43,780 nt of DNA from a bacterium (GTDB lineage Bacteria; Patescibacteriota; Minisyncoccia; Phycocordibacterales; UBA918): positions 1 to 43,780 of the forward strand of contig JAYQPD010000005.1 of NCBI GenBank assembly GCA_038145135.1, in the 5' to 3' direction. A program made the position numbers and the translations under genes. Shown here one piece after another: positions 27,506 to 37,703 of this stretch. The notes beneath the pieces were generated by a model that did not search any database, was not told the origin of the DNA, and saw only the letters and a list, made by a program, of their open reading frames with translations. The first letter of the stretch is position 1; each line of letters opens with the position of its first letter.

Positions 27506-27847
27506 TCAGCTGTAGAGGACAGCGCCAATGAACACAAGTGCGTTCATGATCTCCCAGAGAATGGTACTCCAAATTATCGCTGGTTCTCGATGTGCAATTC
27601 CATAGAATATCCACGGTAGGGTGACAATGAATATCAGTAACCATGCGATTGTCGATACTCCTCCGGCATTGTGCGTTGTGAATATCTGGTACACCTGAGG
27701 GAAGACAGTGATAGGACCGACGATGCCAGCAATAAAGGTGATCTTATCGAGTGCACGAACATAGGGACCGTTCGGTCGCGGTGCCTTTGTTTTAAGAGAG
27801 CGTTTCTGTCGCGCATGTTTGTGTTTTTGACCGACAAAATGGTGCAT
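27506..27847 (-). CDS. SemiSWEET/PQ-loop family small transporter
   Basis: Three TM helices, with FPQVYQI..AGGVS..W...WIFYG. Confidence 0.8.
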   Translation of the reverse strand: MHHFVGQKHKHARQKRSLKTKAPRPNGPYVRALDKITFIAGIVGPITVFPQVYQIFTTHNAGGVSTIAWLLIFIVTLPWIFYGIAHREPAIIWSTILWEIMNALVFIGAVLYS

Positions 27848-27941
27848 ACATTGGAACTCTACCACACCTCATGTGTCTTCAAGACGGTGTGTGTGCAAAC
27901 AAAACTTTTCTTTTACTCAAGAGGGTGGTAGGTTTGAGGAC

Positions 27942-28622
27942 ATGCAAGATAGCGGAATACTTTCGATCGTCGCGACTCCTATTGGAAACCTCGAAGACTT
28001 AACCCTTCGCGCACTTCGTGTGCTTAAAGAAGCCGATGTCATTTTCTGTGAAGATACACGCGTCACCAAGAAACTACTCTCACATTATGAGATCGAGACG
28101 CCGACCAAACGGTGTGATGCGCACCGTGAAGGCGTGTGTGCGGATGAGGTGATCAAACGACTCGAAGTGGGCGAACATGTTGCGTACGTCTCTGACGCAG
28201 GAACACCAGGCATCTCTGACCCGGGTGCGTACCTTGTTTTAAAGGTGCGAGAAGCGTTGCCAGAAGCGACGATCGAAACCATCCCGGGCGCGTCCTCGCT
28301 CACCGCAGCGCTCTCGATCGCCGGAGTGACCGAACACGGGTTCAGATTTTTAGGTTTTTTTCCACACAAGAAGGGAAGACAGACTCTCTTTGAGGGAATG
28401 CGTGATTCAAACGAGCCTACGATCTTCTTTGAATCGACCCATCGCGTTATGAAGACACTCGAGTCACTTACAGAGTATGTGCCTGACCGACGTGTCATTC
28501 TCTGTCGTGAGCTCACTAAGCGCTTTGAGGAGGTGGTCAGCGGTACTCCAGGTGAGGTGCAGGCGCTGCTCACGAAGACTCCCGAACGACAAAAAGGGGA
28601 GTTCGTGGTCATTGTCGTGTAA
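27942..28622 (+). CDS. rsmI: 16S rRNA (cytidine1402-2'-O)-methyltransferase
   Basis: VATPIGNLEDLT.RA, CEDTRVT, SDAGTPGISDPG, RELTKRFEE and KGEFV. Confidence 0.96.
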   Translation: MQDSGILSIVATPIGNLEDLTLRALRVLKEADVIFCEDTRVTKKLLSHYEIETPTKRCDAHREGVCADEVIKRLEVGEHVAYVSDAGTPGISDPGAYLVLKVREALPEATIETIPGASSLTAALSIAGVTEHGFRFLGFFPHKKGRQTLFEGMRDSNEPTIFFESTHRVMKTLESLTEYVPDRRVILCRELTKRFEEVVSGTPGEVQALLTKTPERQKGEFVVIVV

Positions 28623-28685
28623 CGACAGTGACCGAGAGATATCCACTTTTTGCGATTTTTCGCCCCTACGGGGTATACTCAGGGT

Positions 28686-28934
28686 ATGTCTCGTGAATCT
28701 TTGGTTTTTCTTTCAGGTCTCTTGCTCGCCGTCCTCCCGTTCCTCGGCGTTCCCTCAGAGTGGAAGCGGTATGGATACATCTCCCTTGGTATTATATTGA
28801 TCGCACTCGGGTACTCACTTCGTCGTAAGGCATTCCTACGCTCTATCGAAACAGCACCCGGTGAACACCGCGCCGAAGCATTTGTCGAACACGCACCATT
28901 AAAGCGCTCAATGAGCGATGAGGTGGCATTGTGA
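28686..28934 (+). CDS. Small two-TM membrane protein
   Basis: LPFLGVPSEWK between two hydrophobic segments. TATACT 6 nt upstream of the ATG. Confidence 0.7.
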   Translation: MSRESLVFLSGLLLAVLPFLGVPSEWKRYGYISLGIILIALGYSLRRKAFLRSIETAPGEHRAEAFVEHAPLKRSMSDEVAL

Positions 28935-29016
28935 AGTCAGAGAACACCCAGCTGTATGATTCGGTGAGTTTTTGAGGCTTTTTGTATAGCCTTATTGTGC
29001 GTATAATAAAGGGTAA

Positions 29017-31092
29017 ATGCAGTACGACCCAAAGAAGATAACGTTTTTTGCGGAAACTGATGCGCGTGGTCGGCGGCAGAAATTTGGTATCAAGGCAGAT
29101 GACCGTACCAAACATGTCTATGTGATCGGGAAGACGGGTATGGGTAAGTCGACCCTCCTTGAGAACATGGCGGTTCAGGATATACAAAATGGTGAGGGGC
29201 TCGCATTTATCGACCCGCACGGCTCCACGGCTGAGAAACTTCTCGAATATATCCCAGAGCACCGCGTCAAAGATGTGCTCTATTTTGCTCCGTTCGATAT
29301 GGAGGAGCCGGTCTCATTCAACGTCATGGAGGACGTTGGTCCTGACAAGCGCCACCTCGTGGTCTCTGGCCTCATGTCGACCTTTAAGAAGATCTGGGTC
29401 GATGCCTGGAGCGCGCGCATGGAGTACATTCTCTCAAACACACTCCTCGCACTCCTTGAGTATCCGGGGTCAACACTTCTCGGAGTGAACCGCATGCTTT
29501 CGGATAAGGATTATCGAAATGCGGTCGTTGCCAACATCAAAGACCCATCTGTTCGTTCGTTCTGGGTCGACGAGTTCGCAAAGTACAACGAACGGTACAT
29601 GCAAGAAGCAGGTGACGCGATCAAGAACAAGATCGGCCAGTTCACGGCGAACCCGCTCATCAGGAATATCATCGGGCAGCCGACCTCATCGTTCGATGTA
29701 CGAAAGATGATGGATGAACGAAAGATCTTGATCGTGAATCTCTCGAAGGGGCTCATTGGCGAAACCAACGCAAATCTCCTTGGCTCGATGCTCATCACGA
29801 AGATCTACCTCTCGGCGATGTCGCGCGCTGATCTCCCGGCAGCGACCCTAAAACAGATGCCGAACTTCTACTTCTACGTTGACGAGTTTCAGTCGTTCGC
29901 GAACGAAGCGTTCGCGAATATTCTCTCAGAAGCGAGAAAGTATAAGCTCAATCTCACGATAGCGCACCAGTACATCGAGCAGATGGAAGAATCGGTCCGG
30001 AACGCGGTGTTTGGTAACGTTGGTACTATCATTGCGTTCCGCGTCGGTCCATTCGACGCTGAGGTTTTGGAGACCATCTTCTCTCCTGAATTTACTGCAA
30101 CCGATATCGTGAATCTTGGATTCGCGCAGATCTACCTGACCCTCATGATCGACGGTATCGGTTCGCGTCCATTCTCAGCGACAACACTTGGACCGATACC
30201 GCAATCAAAGATCTCCTATAAAGACGTTGTGGTAGCCACGTCGCGAAAACAGTTTGGAAAGCCGCGCTTTGAGATCGAGGAGAGTATTCATAAATGGCAC
30301 GAACCGATCCCTAAAGAAGACCTCCCCAAGAAACCTTCACTGCGTCCAGAACTGAGTGCGGTCTTAAAGCCTCATGTGAGTGGCGGAAACAATACTCAGC
30401 AAGCAGTAAGGAATGATCGACCACGAGAGCGTACTGACGCACCTCGTGAACCGCGTCGAGACAATGGTCACCACACTGCTGAACGTGCAGAACCTCGTAG
30501 ACAAGAACAAGCAAGCATTGCGGGAGTCCGCCCTGATAGTGGCGGACGCGAACGCCGTGAGGGTGGTCGCCAGTTTGAAAATCGTAACCTTCCTCGCGAA
30601 CAGCGGAATGATCGTCCTCCACGACAGGAGAAGGGTCTCGATGAGCTTCGCTCGGTACTCAAGTCGATCGCTACGCCACAAGAAAAACAACATAAAAAAC
30701 CAGAGTCAGAGTCTACTAAAACTCCCTCAGCACAACCCGCCCGCCCGGCACCTCCGGATGGTAAACCTGATCTTCGCTCGGCGCTCGCTTCGGTTCTCAG
30801 TCAGGTCCAATCTACCCCGCGCGAGCCGTCTCCTGAAGTAAACCGGGAACCTCAGCAGAATGCAGGAGAAGGTCATGCGTCAACCTCAAAGCCGGAAGTG
30901 AATCTGCCAGACACGAACAGTGTAGCTTCGATGCATGAGATAGCATCACTTCCCCAACACAACGTTGCGGCTACGCAACCTACTCCGGAAGCACCAAAGC
31001 ATGTCACCAGAGATGAAGAGCGAGAAGTACTTATGCGTCTTGAAAAGATACTGAAACCTGGACAAGACCAGAAACCTCCCCTTGCGGGCTGA
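29017..31092 (+). CDS. VirD4/TraD/HerA-like ATPase (type IV coupling-protein family) with long low-complexity C-terminal tail
   Basis: HVYVIGKTGMGKST, FIDPHG, YVDEFQ, LSEARKY and AHQY. The last ~260 aa are rich in P/E/R/Q. Confidence 0.88.
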   Translation: MQYDPKKITFFAETDARGRRQKFGIKADDRTKHVYVIGKTGMGKSTLLENMAVQDIQNGEGLAFIDPHGSTAEKLLEYIPEHRVKDVLYFAPFDMEEPVSFNVMEDVGPDKRHLVVSGLMSTFKKIWVDAWSARMEYILSNTLLALLEYPGSTLLGVNRMLSDKDYRNAVVANIKDPSVRSFWVDEFAKYNERYMQEAGDAIKNKIGQFTANPLIRNIIGQPTSSFDVRKMMDERKILIVNLSKGLIGETNANLLGSMLITKIYLSAMSRADLPAATLKQMPNFYFYVDEFQSFANEAFANILSEARKYKLNLTIAHQYIEQMEESVRNAVFGNVGTIIAFRVGPFDAEVLETIFSPEFTATDIVNLGFAQIYLTLMIDGIGSRPFSATTLGPIPQSKISYKDVVVATSRKQFGKPRFEIEESIHKWHEPIPKEDLPKKPSLRPELSAVLKPHVSGGNNTQQAVRNDRPRERTDAPREPRRDNGHHTAERAEPRRQEQASIAGVRPDSGGRERREGGRQFENRNLPREQRNDRPPRQEKGLDELRSVLKSIATPQEKQHKKPESESTKTPSAQPARPAPPDGKPDLRSALASVLSQVQSTPREPSPEVNREPQQNAGEGHASTSKPEVNLPDTNSVASMHEIASLPQHNVAATQPTPEAPKHVTRDEEREVLMRLEKILKPGQDQKPPLAG

Positions 31093-31139
31093 GGTTATAC
31101 AAAGTGCGCAGGAGGGCGCTTTCTGGTACTATGCCGCAC

Positions 31140-32678
31140 ATGAATGACAAGAAGACCATCCTCATTACCGGTGGGGCAGGATTCATCGGTTCGCACCTCG
31201 TCTCGAAGTATCTTGAGGAGGGGCATTTTGTGATGTGTCTCGATAACCTCCAGACCACGCGCACACCAAAGAATATCCGGCAATTCATGAAGCACCCGAA
31301 CTTCCGCTTCATGAAGCAGGACGTTATTGTGCCGATCCACTCCGATCGCAAGATCGACTGGATCATGAATTTTGCGTGCTCCGGCTCATACACAAGCTAT
31401 CAATACGACCCGGTACATACGATGCAGACCAATACGGTCGGTATGATCAACATGCTCGAGCTTGCCAAAAAGCATGGGGCACGGATCATGCAAGCATCTA
31501 CCTCTGAAATATACGGTGATCCACTCGAGGTGCCACAGAAGGAGACCTACAAAGGGAATGTGAATTCGCTCGGGCCGCGTGCCTGCTACGATGAAGGGAA
31601 GCGTGCTGCAGAGACGCTATGCATGGACTACCACCGTGAGTACGGGACTGATGTGAGGATCATCCGCATCTTCAACACCTACGGACCGAATATGGATCCA
31701 AACGATGGCCGTGCCGTGACGAACTTCCTTATGAACGCGCTCGACAACAAGGACCTGGTCATCTACGGTGATGGAAGCGCGACGCGAAGTTTCCAGTACA
31801 TCGACGATCTTATCAGGGGAATTGATCTCATGATGCAGAAAGACGGTTTCATCGGGCCGGTAAATCTGGGGAATCCAGGTGAGATCACCATGAAGGACCT
31901 CGCCGAGCGTGCGATCTCACTTACGCACTCGAACTCGAAGATCGTCTATGAGCGCGGTGCGACCGATGATCCTAAGCGCCGCTGCCCGGATATCACGCTC
32001 GCAAAACAGGAACTCGGTTGGGAACCGGTCGTCAATCTTGAGGAGGGTCTCATAAAGACCATAACGTATTTCAAGGAAGCACCACGCGCCGATCGCAAGG
32101 TGTTGGTCCTAGCAACGACGTATCATCCGATGAGTGGCCCGGCAGAACAGGCTATTGAAGCACTCTCTAAGGAGATGGAAGGGGTGTCATTTCATGTGGT
32201 CACTTCTCGTATGGATGCAAAACTTCCCAGGGTCGAGGAGCATGGTAAAGATACGATATATCGTGTCGGCTTCGGCACGCCGTTTGATAAATTTTTGCTC
32301 CCCATTCTCGGTGCGTATCGCGCGCACAAACTCCACCGTGTACACGGCTACACCTTCGCGTGGTCCATCATGGGGAGTTACAGTGGACTTGCGGCGTTCC
32401 TCCTCAAGAAGCTTGGTGCGAATGTTGTTGTACTTATGACGATCGATGAAGGTGAGCTTGAGGGGCTCGGTCCTCTGAAGCGAGCTCTCTATAGGGTAGC
32501 CCTCAAGAGTGCTGACACGGTCTTCGCCACAGATAAGGCAGCGAACGCGTCATTGCTTGACGTCGCTCACCAGGTCGAGCTCCGTGACGGCAACGCAAAG
32601 AGTTTTATGCAGCGCGTCCGACACACTTACGCTGGGCTCCTTAATTCACGCGAACAAAAGCTTGCTCGTCCGAAATAA
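31140..32678 (+). CDS. UDP-glucuronate decarboxylase (UDP-xylose synthase) fused to a GT4 N-terminal-like domain
   Basis: TGGAGFIGSHL, ASTSEIYGDP, GPRACYDEGKR, TRSFQYIDDL and DDPKRRCPDI, then ~190 aa resembling the N-domain of the next gene. Confidence 0.88.
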   Translation: MNDKKTILITGGAGFIGSHLVSKYLEEGHFVMCLDNLQTTRTPKNIRQFMKHPNFRFMKQDVIVPIHSDRKIDWIMNFACSGSYTSYQYDPVHTMQTNTVGMINMLELAKKHGARIMQASTSEIYGDPLEVPQKETYKGNVNSLGPRACYDEGKRAAETLCMDYHREYGTDVRIIRIFNTYGPNMDPNDGRAVTNFLMNALDNKDLVIYGDGSATRSFQYIDDLIRGIDLMMQKDGFIGPVNLGNPGEITMKDLAERAISLTHSNSKIVYERGATDDPKRRCPDITLAKQELGWEPVVNLEEGLIKTITYFKEAPRADRKVLVLATTYHPMSGPAEQAIEALSKEMEGVSFHVVTSRMDAKLPRVEEHGKDTIYRVGFGTPFDKFLLPILGAYRAHKLHRVHGYTFAWSIMGSYSGLAAFLLKKLGANVVVLMTIDEGELEGLGPLKRALYRVALKSADTVFATDKAANASLLDVAHQVELRDGNAKSFMQRVRHTYAGLLNSREQKLARPK

Positions 32679-32716
32679 GTGCACATGCGGATTACGTTAC
32701 AATAGGGGAGCTCTCT

Positions 32717-33892
32717 ATGGCACAAAAGATCCTCATCTACTCGCTCGCGTACTACCCTCATTTTGTGAGCGGTGCTGAAGCAGCGATACGTGAGATCACT
32801 GACCGTATTGATGTAACGGATATTGATTTTCACCTGGTGACGCTTCACTTCGATCGAAGCGACCCTAAGGAAGAGCGGATCGGTAACGTGCACGTTCATC
32901 GAGTCGGTTTCGGCCCTTCGTATCTCTCAAAGATCAGTTTTCTCCCACTTGCCGCGTGGAAAGGGCGACAGCTTCACAAGACACTTCATTTCAGTGGCGT
33001 ATGGGCAATGATGACGTACATGTTGATCCCAACCCTTCTCATGCGCCTTTTAGGCGCACAGGTGCCGTATGCGCTTACACTTCAAGATGGCGACCCCTAC
33101 GAGAAGGTGTTTGGCCGTTGGTTCATTCGTCCCTTTGTGCCACTCCTCCGCTATGGATTTCGTCGCGCAACGGTCGTGCAGACCATCTCACAGTTTCTTA
33201 GCACATGGCCTCAGAAGCTAGGGTATCAAGGTGACATCGAGATCATCTACAACGGCGCCGATCCTCGCGATGTCACAGAGTCCGTGACCGAGGAAGAAGT
33301 GAATGAGCTCAAGAAACAGCTCGGGAAAAAAGAGGGAGATATATACCTTATCAATACAGCGCGTCTTGAGCACCAGAAAGCATTTGATATTGTGATACGC
33401 GCGCTTTTGAAACTCCCGGCACACATCTCGCTGCTTATTGTGGGGAGCGGACGCGAAGAACATGCGCTCAAGGCGCTCGCAAACTCACTTAACGTGGAGG
33501 GACGGGTAAAGTTCATACCCAAAGTAGACCGAGATACGGCGTCAGTGTATCGCAAGGCAGCAGATATCTTTGTTGGTCCGAGTCGTTCAGAGGGGCTTGG
33601 CAATGCATTCCTGTCTGCGATGGCGTCCCGTATGCCAGTGATCGCCACTCAAGTCGGAGGTCTTGCCGAATATATATTTGATCCTGAGTATAACGAGGGA
33701 GTGGAGCAAACTGCGTGGGCCGTACCACCAGATGACCCTGAGGCGATCGCAGAGAGCGTGAGAGACATTATGGAGCATCCAGAGGTAGTGCACGAAGTGA
33801 CCGATCGCGCGCGAAATATGGTCGTTTCGAAGTTTAACTGGGATATGATCGCACGAGAGATGAACGAGCGAGTGTTCAAAAAACTTCACTAG
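32717..33892 (+). CDS. Glycosyltransferase family 4
   Basis: YYPHFVSGAE, ARLEHQK and PSRSEGLGNAFLSAMA. Confidence 0.9.
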   Translation: MAQKILIYSLAYYPHFVSGAEAAIREITDRIDVTDIDFHLVTLHFDRSDPKEERIGNVHVHRVGFGPSYLSKISFLPLAAWKGRQLHKTLHFSGVWAMMTYMLIPTLLMRLLGAQVPYALTLQDGDPYEKVFGRWFIRPFVPLLRYGFRRATVVQTISQFLSTWPQKLGYQGDIEIIYNGADPRDVTESVTEEEVNELKKQLGKKEGDIYLINTARLEHQKAFDIVIRALLKLPAHISLLIVGSGREEHALKALANSLNVEGRVKFIPKVDRDTASVYRKAADIFVGPSRSEGLGNAFLSAMASRMPVIATQVGGLAEYIFDPEYNEGVEQTAWAVPPDDPEAIAESVRDIMEHPEVVHEVTDRARNMVVSKFNWDMIAREMNERVFKKLH

Positions 33893-33937
33893 CCCTCAAC
33901 ATACGACCTATCGCTTCGGTAGCTAGTTATATTTGGC

Positions 33938-34930
33938 ATGACTTCAAAGAAAAAGATAGTGACCATTGGAGGCGGTACAGGCACCTTTACGGTGCTTTCT
34001 GGTCTCAAAAAATATATTGATCAGATCGAGCTTGCTGCGGTCGTCACTATGGCAGATTCTGGCGGGTCGACCGGCCGTTTGCGCGACGAGTTTGGTCAGC
34101 TGCCTGTTGGAGACGTGCGCATGGCACTGGTCGCCCTCGCTGGTGACGAACTTGCCGACCATCAAAAACTGCGAGAACTTTTTTTATATCGTTTTGAAAA
34201 AGGTGGTGATGCACTCCGGGGACATAATTTTGGAAATTTATTCCTGGTTGCACTCACTGAGATCCTGGGGTCAGAGGTAGAGGCGATCCGCTTTGCATCG
34301 CGTATGCTTCAGGTAGCCGGTGAAGTGTATCCGGTCACAACCGACAACGTCACCTTGGTCGCGACGTACGATGATGGTGTTGTAGTGAGAGGGGAGACCC
34401 ATATCGATGAGCCGACGTCTGACCGAGATCTACATCGTATTGTGAAGCTCACGACAGAGCCGAGTGGCATGATCACTCCGGAGGCACACCAGGCGCTTCT
34501 TTCTGCTGATCTCATTGTGCTTGGACCAGGTGACCTCTACACGAGTGTACTGGCTACGGTGGTGACCGATGGTGTTTTGAGTGTACTTAACGAATCTAGC
34601 GCGAAGCTCCTGTATGTCTCAAACCTCATGTCGAAGTACGGTCAGACATCCGGTATGTCGGTTGAGGATCATGTACGGGAGATCGAGAAGTATACCGGGC
34701 GTAGCGTCGATACCATTCTCCGAAACAATACCTCACTTCCGGAAGAGCTCTTAACACGCTACAAAGAGGAGAGCGAATATCCGGTACTGGTCGACGGCAC
34801 CAGGACACTCATAGAGTGTGACCTTTTGGCTCAAGAGGAGGTGGTGCGTTCGAAGAGTGACACCTTGAAGCGTAGCCTGATCCGCCATGATGCAGAAAAG
34901 CTCGCACGCGCTATTATGAGGTATATATGA
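33938..34930 (+). CDS. yvcK: YvcK/GlmR family UDP-GlcNAc-binding gluconeogenesis factor
   Basis: IGGGTG, VTMADSGGSTGRLR, GHNFGNLFL, LGPGDLYTSV and IRHD. Confidence 0.9.
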   Translation: MTSKKKIVTIGGGTGTFTVLSGLKKYIDQIELAAVVTMADSGGSTGRLRDEFGQLPVGDVRMALVALAGDELADHQKLRELFLYRFEKGGDALRGHNFGNLFLVALTEILGSEVEAIRFASRMLQVAGEVYPVTTDNVTLVATYDDGVVVRGETHIDEPTSDRDLHRIVKLTTEPSGMITPEAHQALLSADLIVLGPGDLYTSVLATVVTDGVLSVLNESSAKLLYVSNLMSKYGQTSGMSVEDHVREIEKYTGRSVDTILRNNTSLPEELLTRYKEESEYPVLVDGTRTLIECDLLAQEEVVRSKSDTLKRSLIRHDAEKLARAIMRYI

Positions 34931-36087
34931 AGCAGGTAGAAACAGCATCGGTGCTCTCGATCTCATACTACGGAAGTGGTCTCGCAGAGAGAGCCCACTA
35001 CTCAGGGGCACTCGATAGACAGCGCGATTATGCACGCTTTACCAAGCGCTACCATGCGATCGTGCCAGGGCCGCGAACCGTTCTTGAACCTGTGGTGACT
35101 GAGGGGGGATTGGCAATATATACGGTTGCCGCAGCCAATCCGATACTCTGGAGTTTCCGCGCCTATCGCCGCGCACGTGCGCTCCATCAAAGTGAGGCGT
35201 ATGACATCTTGATGGTAGATAATCCGCACATCGGGGGGATACTCGGCGTGGTCCTCAAGAGTCGCCTCAAGATACCGCTTGTCGTCCACAGCATGGCAGA
35301 CATGCTCGAGAACCCGTGGTATCGGCGAGAGCGATTTACGAACTACATTAAGGAGCTTCTGGCGCGCATCTCATTTCAGAGAGCGACAGTGTACCGTGTC
35401 TCGACCGATCATGAAGTGAAGCGGCTCACCGCGCTTGGTTACAGTACTTCAAAGCTCGCGATGATCCCTTTTTATATCGATCAGGATGCATTCGCGATGC
35501 GCCTCCGGGCAACAACAGTAACCCGAGAACAAGATCGCGTGCTCTACGTCGGACGTTTTGGTCTTCAGAAGGATATGCCAACGCTCATTCGCGCATTTGC
35601 TGGCGTTATTAAAGCGCACCCACAGGCACGCCTCGCGCTTGTAGGAAATGGTCCAATACTCGAGTCGTGCAAACTGCTTGCCGCCTCACTCGGCATAAGC
35701 GGTTCGGTGGAGTTTCAGGGATCGATACCGTACGACCAAGTACCGCGTGAATATATGCGCGCGTCGCTCTTCGTACTTCCCTCACTGTATGAAGGGACGT
35801 GCATGGTGCTTCACGAAGCAGCACTTGCGAAACTCCCGATCATCTCAACAGAGAACGCGGGAGCAGTGGACTTCATAACACAAACAGGAGAAGAGGGATG
35901 GTTAGTACCGGTGCAAGAGAGTGAAGCACTCGCTCACGCACTCATCACTGCTCTTTCTCTCCAAGGTCTCGCGCTTCATGGCGAGGCAGCCTACCGACGA
36001 CTCGAACGATTCACTAAAGAGCGCGCACTCACGGCATATCGTGAAATGTTGGAAAATGTACTTTTCCACTCCTCCACGCCACAGTAG
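34927..36087 (+). CDS. Glycosyltransferase family 4
   Basis: LYVGRFGLQK and PSLYEGTCMVLHEA (EX7E). Confidence 0.88.
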   Translation: MKQVETASVLSISYYGSGLAERAHYSGALDRQRDYARFTKRYHAIVPGPRTVLEPVVTEGGLAIYTVAAANPILWSFRAYRRARALHQSEAYDILMVDNPHIGGILGVVLKSRLKIPLVVHSMADMLENPWYRRERFTNYIKELLARISFQRATVYRVSTDHEVKRLTALGYSTSKLAMIPFYIDQDAFAMRLRATTVTREQDRVLYVGRFGLQKDMPTLIRAFAGVIKAHPQARLALVGNGPILESCKLLAASLGISGSVEFQGSIPYDQVPREYMRASLFVLPSLYEGTCMVLHEAALAKLPIISTENAGAVDFITQTGEEGWLVPVQESEALAHALITALSLQGLALHGEAAYRRLERFTKERALTAYREMLENVLFHSSTPQ

Positions 36088-36162
36088 AACCTATCTCACC
36101 ACCAACCAAAGGTGCTAGTTTTGAGATGAGTTCTAGTCATTCCCGCGGTATACTGGAGGTAC

Positions 36163-37614
36163 ATGAAGGAGGATGCAGTACCACAAGAGAATAGTACACC
36201 TGGAGCACCAGAGCCTTTTAAGGGTCTCTCCGACGAGGTGGAGTCGCTACTTGGGCCCTCCGTATCGTCAACTATTGCTCGGGAGAATGAGCTTGATGTT
36301 AGAGAAGAGGTGCGCGTGGATATTCCTGAGAGCAAAGTACTTCTAACTCCTGTGACACGTAGTCGTGTGCGACTACTTCTCGTAACCGATGAAGACGTAT
36401 GCCTTGAGGGAAGTGTGGCACAACGCACCATAGCCGATTACGGCGCACTCTTCGATGAGCTACACGTCATAACACGTACAAAGGGCGCGTACACCTTCAA
36501 GGTGCTTCAGATCTCTCAAAATGTGTGGGCATATCCCACAAATACAAAGACCTGGTGGCGGTTCCCACTCGATGCATACCGTATCGCTAAGAATCAACTC
36601 TTCTTTGCGGGGACTTTTCGTGCTGACGTGGTGGCATCGAGTGATCCGTTTGAACTTGGATTGACGGCATGGTGGATCGCAAAGAAGTTTCATCGCGGAC
36701 TCCATGTGACCGTCTCTAATGATCCAGATGACCCCACGTTCCTCGATGAGGACCAGTGGAACCCATACCGTCAGCTCATCTCGCGGTTCGTCTTGCCACG
36801 CGCGACGAGGGTCCGCGCACTTTCAGAGGCCCTCGTGCGCGCACTTATTGCGCGTCATTCTGAACTCGAACACCGTATCGACATGCTCCCGAACTATTTC
36901 GATGCGCGCTCTCTTGTAGATGCGGTACCTGCGTTTGACCTCAAGAAACGATACAGCCAGTTCACCTTCATCATGCTCATTTGCGGACATTTCGAGCAGA
37001 GTGCACGCGCGTGTTTTGCGATCGATGCTGCTTCGCATGCACTCAGACAATACACGACGGTAGGACTCGTGGTTGCTGGTGCGGGACCAGCAATGGAGCG
37101 TATCGCCCACCATGTGCGCGAGAAGGGGCTTTCAAGAAAGGTTATGATCGAACACTTTTCAGAAAATGATCTACCCGCATACTTAAAAACAGCGAGTATG
37201 CTCATCTCGACTGAGACCGGAGATCAGAATGACCATATTCTTTCAGCAGCAGCTTTGTTGGGTGCTCCAGTATTGGCACTTGAGGGTGGTATGGCGAGCA
37301 CGCTCTACAAGGATGGCTCCTCAGGGTTGATGTGTAAGCAAAATGATATTGGCTGCATGATCAAAGCGATCACGAGGTATATGGGTGATGCATCCTTCCG
37401 AAAGTTTGCCGCTGAGCACGCCAAGGTCCATGCCGAAGAGACCCTCGGGGACCCGCAGACCTACCGCACCCGCTACCAAGAGAGTATTGAAGCAACGCTC
37501 CTCAGCGAACCAGACACAGTTCCTGAAAACTCGCCTGAAACTGTGCCGACACCTACCCAAGAAGAAGTAACAAAACAGGGAGGTATATTGGATGACGTGG
37601 TCAGGGAAGCTTAG
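36163..37614 (+). CDS. Divergent GT4-fold protein, donor-binding motif degenerate
   Basis: GT-B-like layout (DPFELGL, LVVAGAGP, AAALLGAPV, DGSSGL) without the R/K and EX7E residues. Acidic, likely disordered termini. Confidence 0.7.
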   Translation: MKEDAVPQENSTPGAPEPFKGLSDEVESLLGPSVSSTIARENELDVREEVRVDIPESKVLLTPVTRSRVRLLLVTDEDVCLEGSVAQRTIADYGALFDELHVITRTKGAYTFKVLQISQNVWAYPTNTKTWWRFPLDAYRIAKNQLFFAGTFRADVVASSDPFELGLTAWWIAKKFHRGLHVTVSNDPDDPTFLDEDQWNPYRQLISRFVLPRATRVRALSEALVRALIARHSELEHRIDMLPNYFDARSLVDAVPAFDLKKRYSQFTFIMLICGHFEQSARACFAIDAASHALRQYTTVGLVVAGAGPAMERIAHHVREKGLSRKVMIEHFSENDLPAYLKTASMLISTETGDQNDHILSAAALLGAPVLALEGGMASTLYKDGSSGLMCKQNDIGCMIKAITRYMGDASFRKFAAEHAKVHAEETLGDPQTYRTRYQESIEATLLSEPDTVPENSPETVPTPTQEEVTKQGGILDDVVREA

Positions 37615-37703
37615 TGCCGCTATGAATCCCGTTAGAAATAGAGAAACTAATATGATGAGGGTAAGTATCAAACGCGTACTGTTAACACGTAATTTCTAAC
37701 GGG

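Noticed and set aside
30300-31092. Repeat-like RE/RP-rich stretch in the coupling ATPase
   Set aside because: Low-complexity protein tail with no nucleotide-level tandem repeat.
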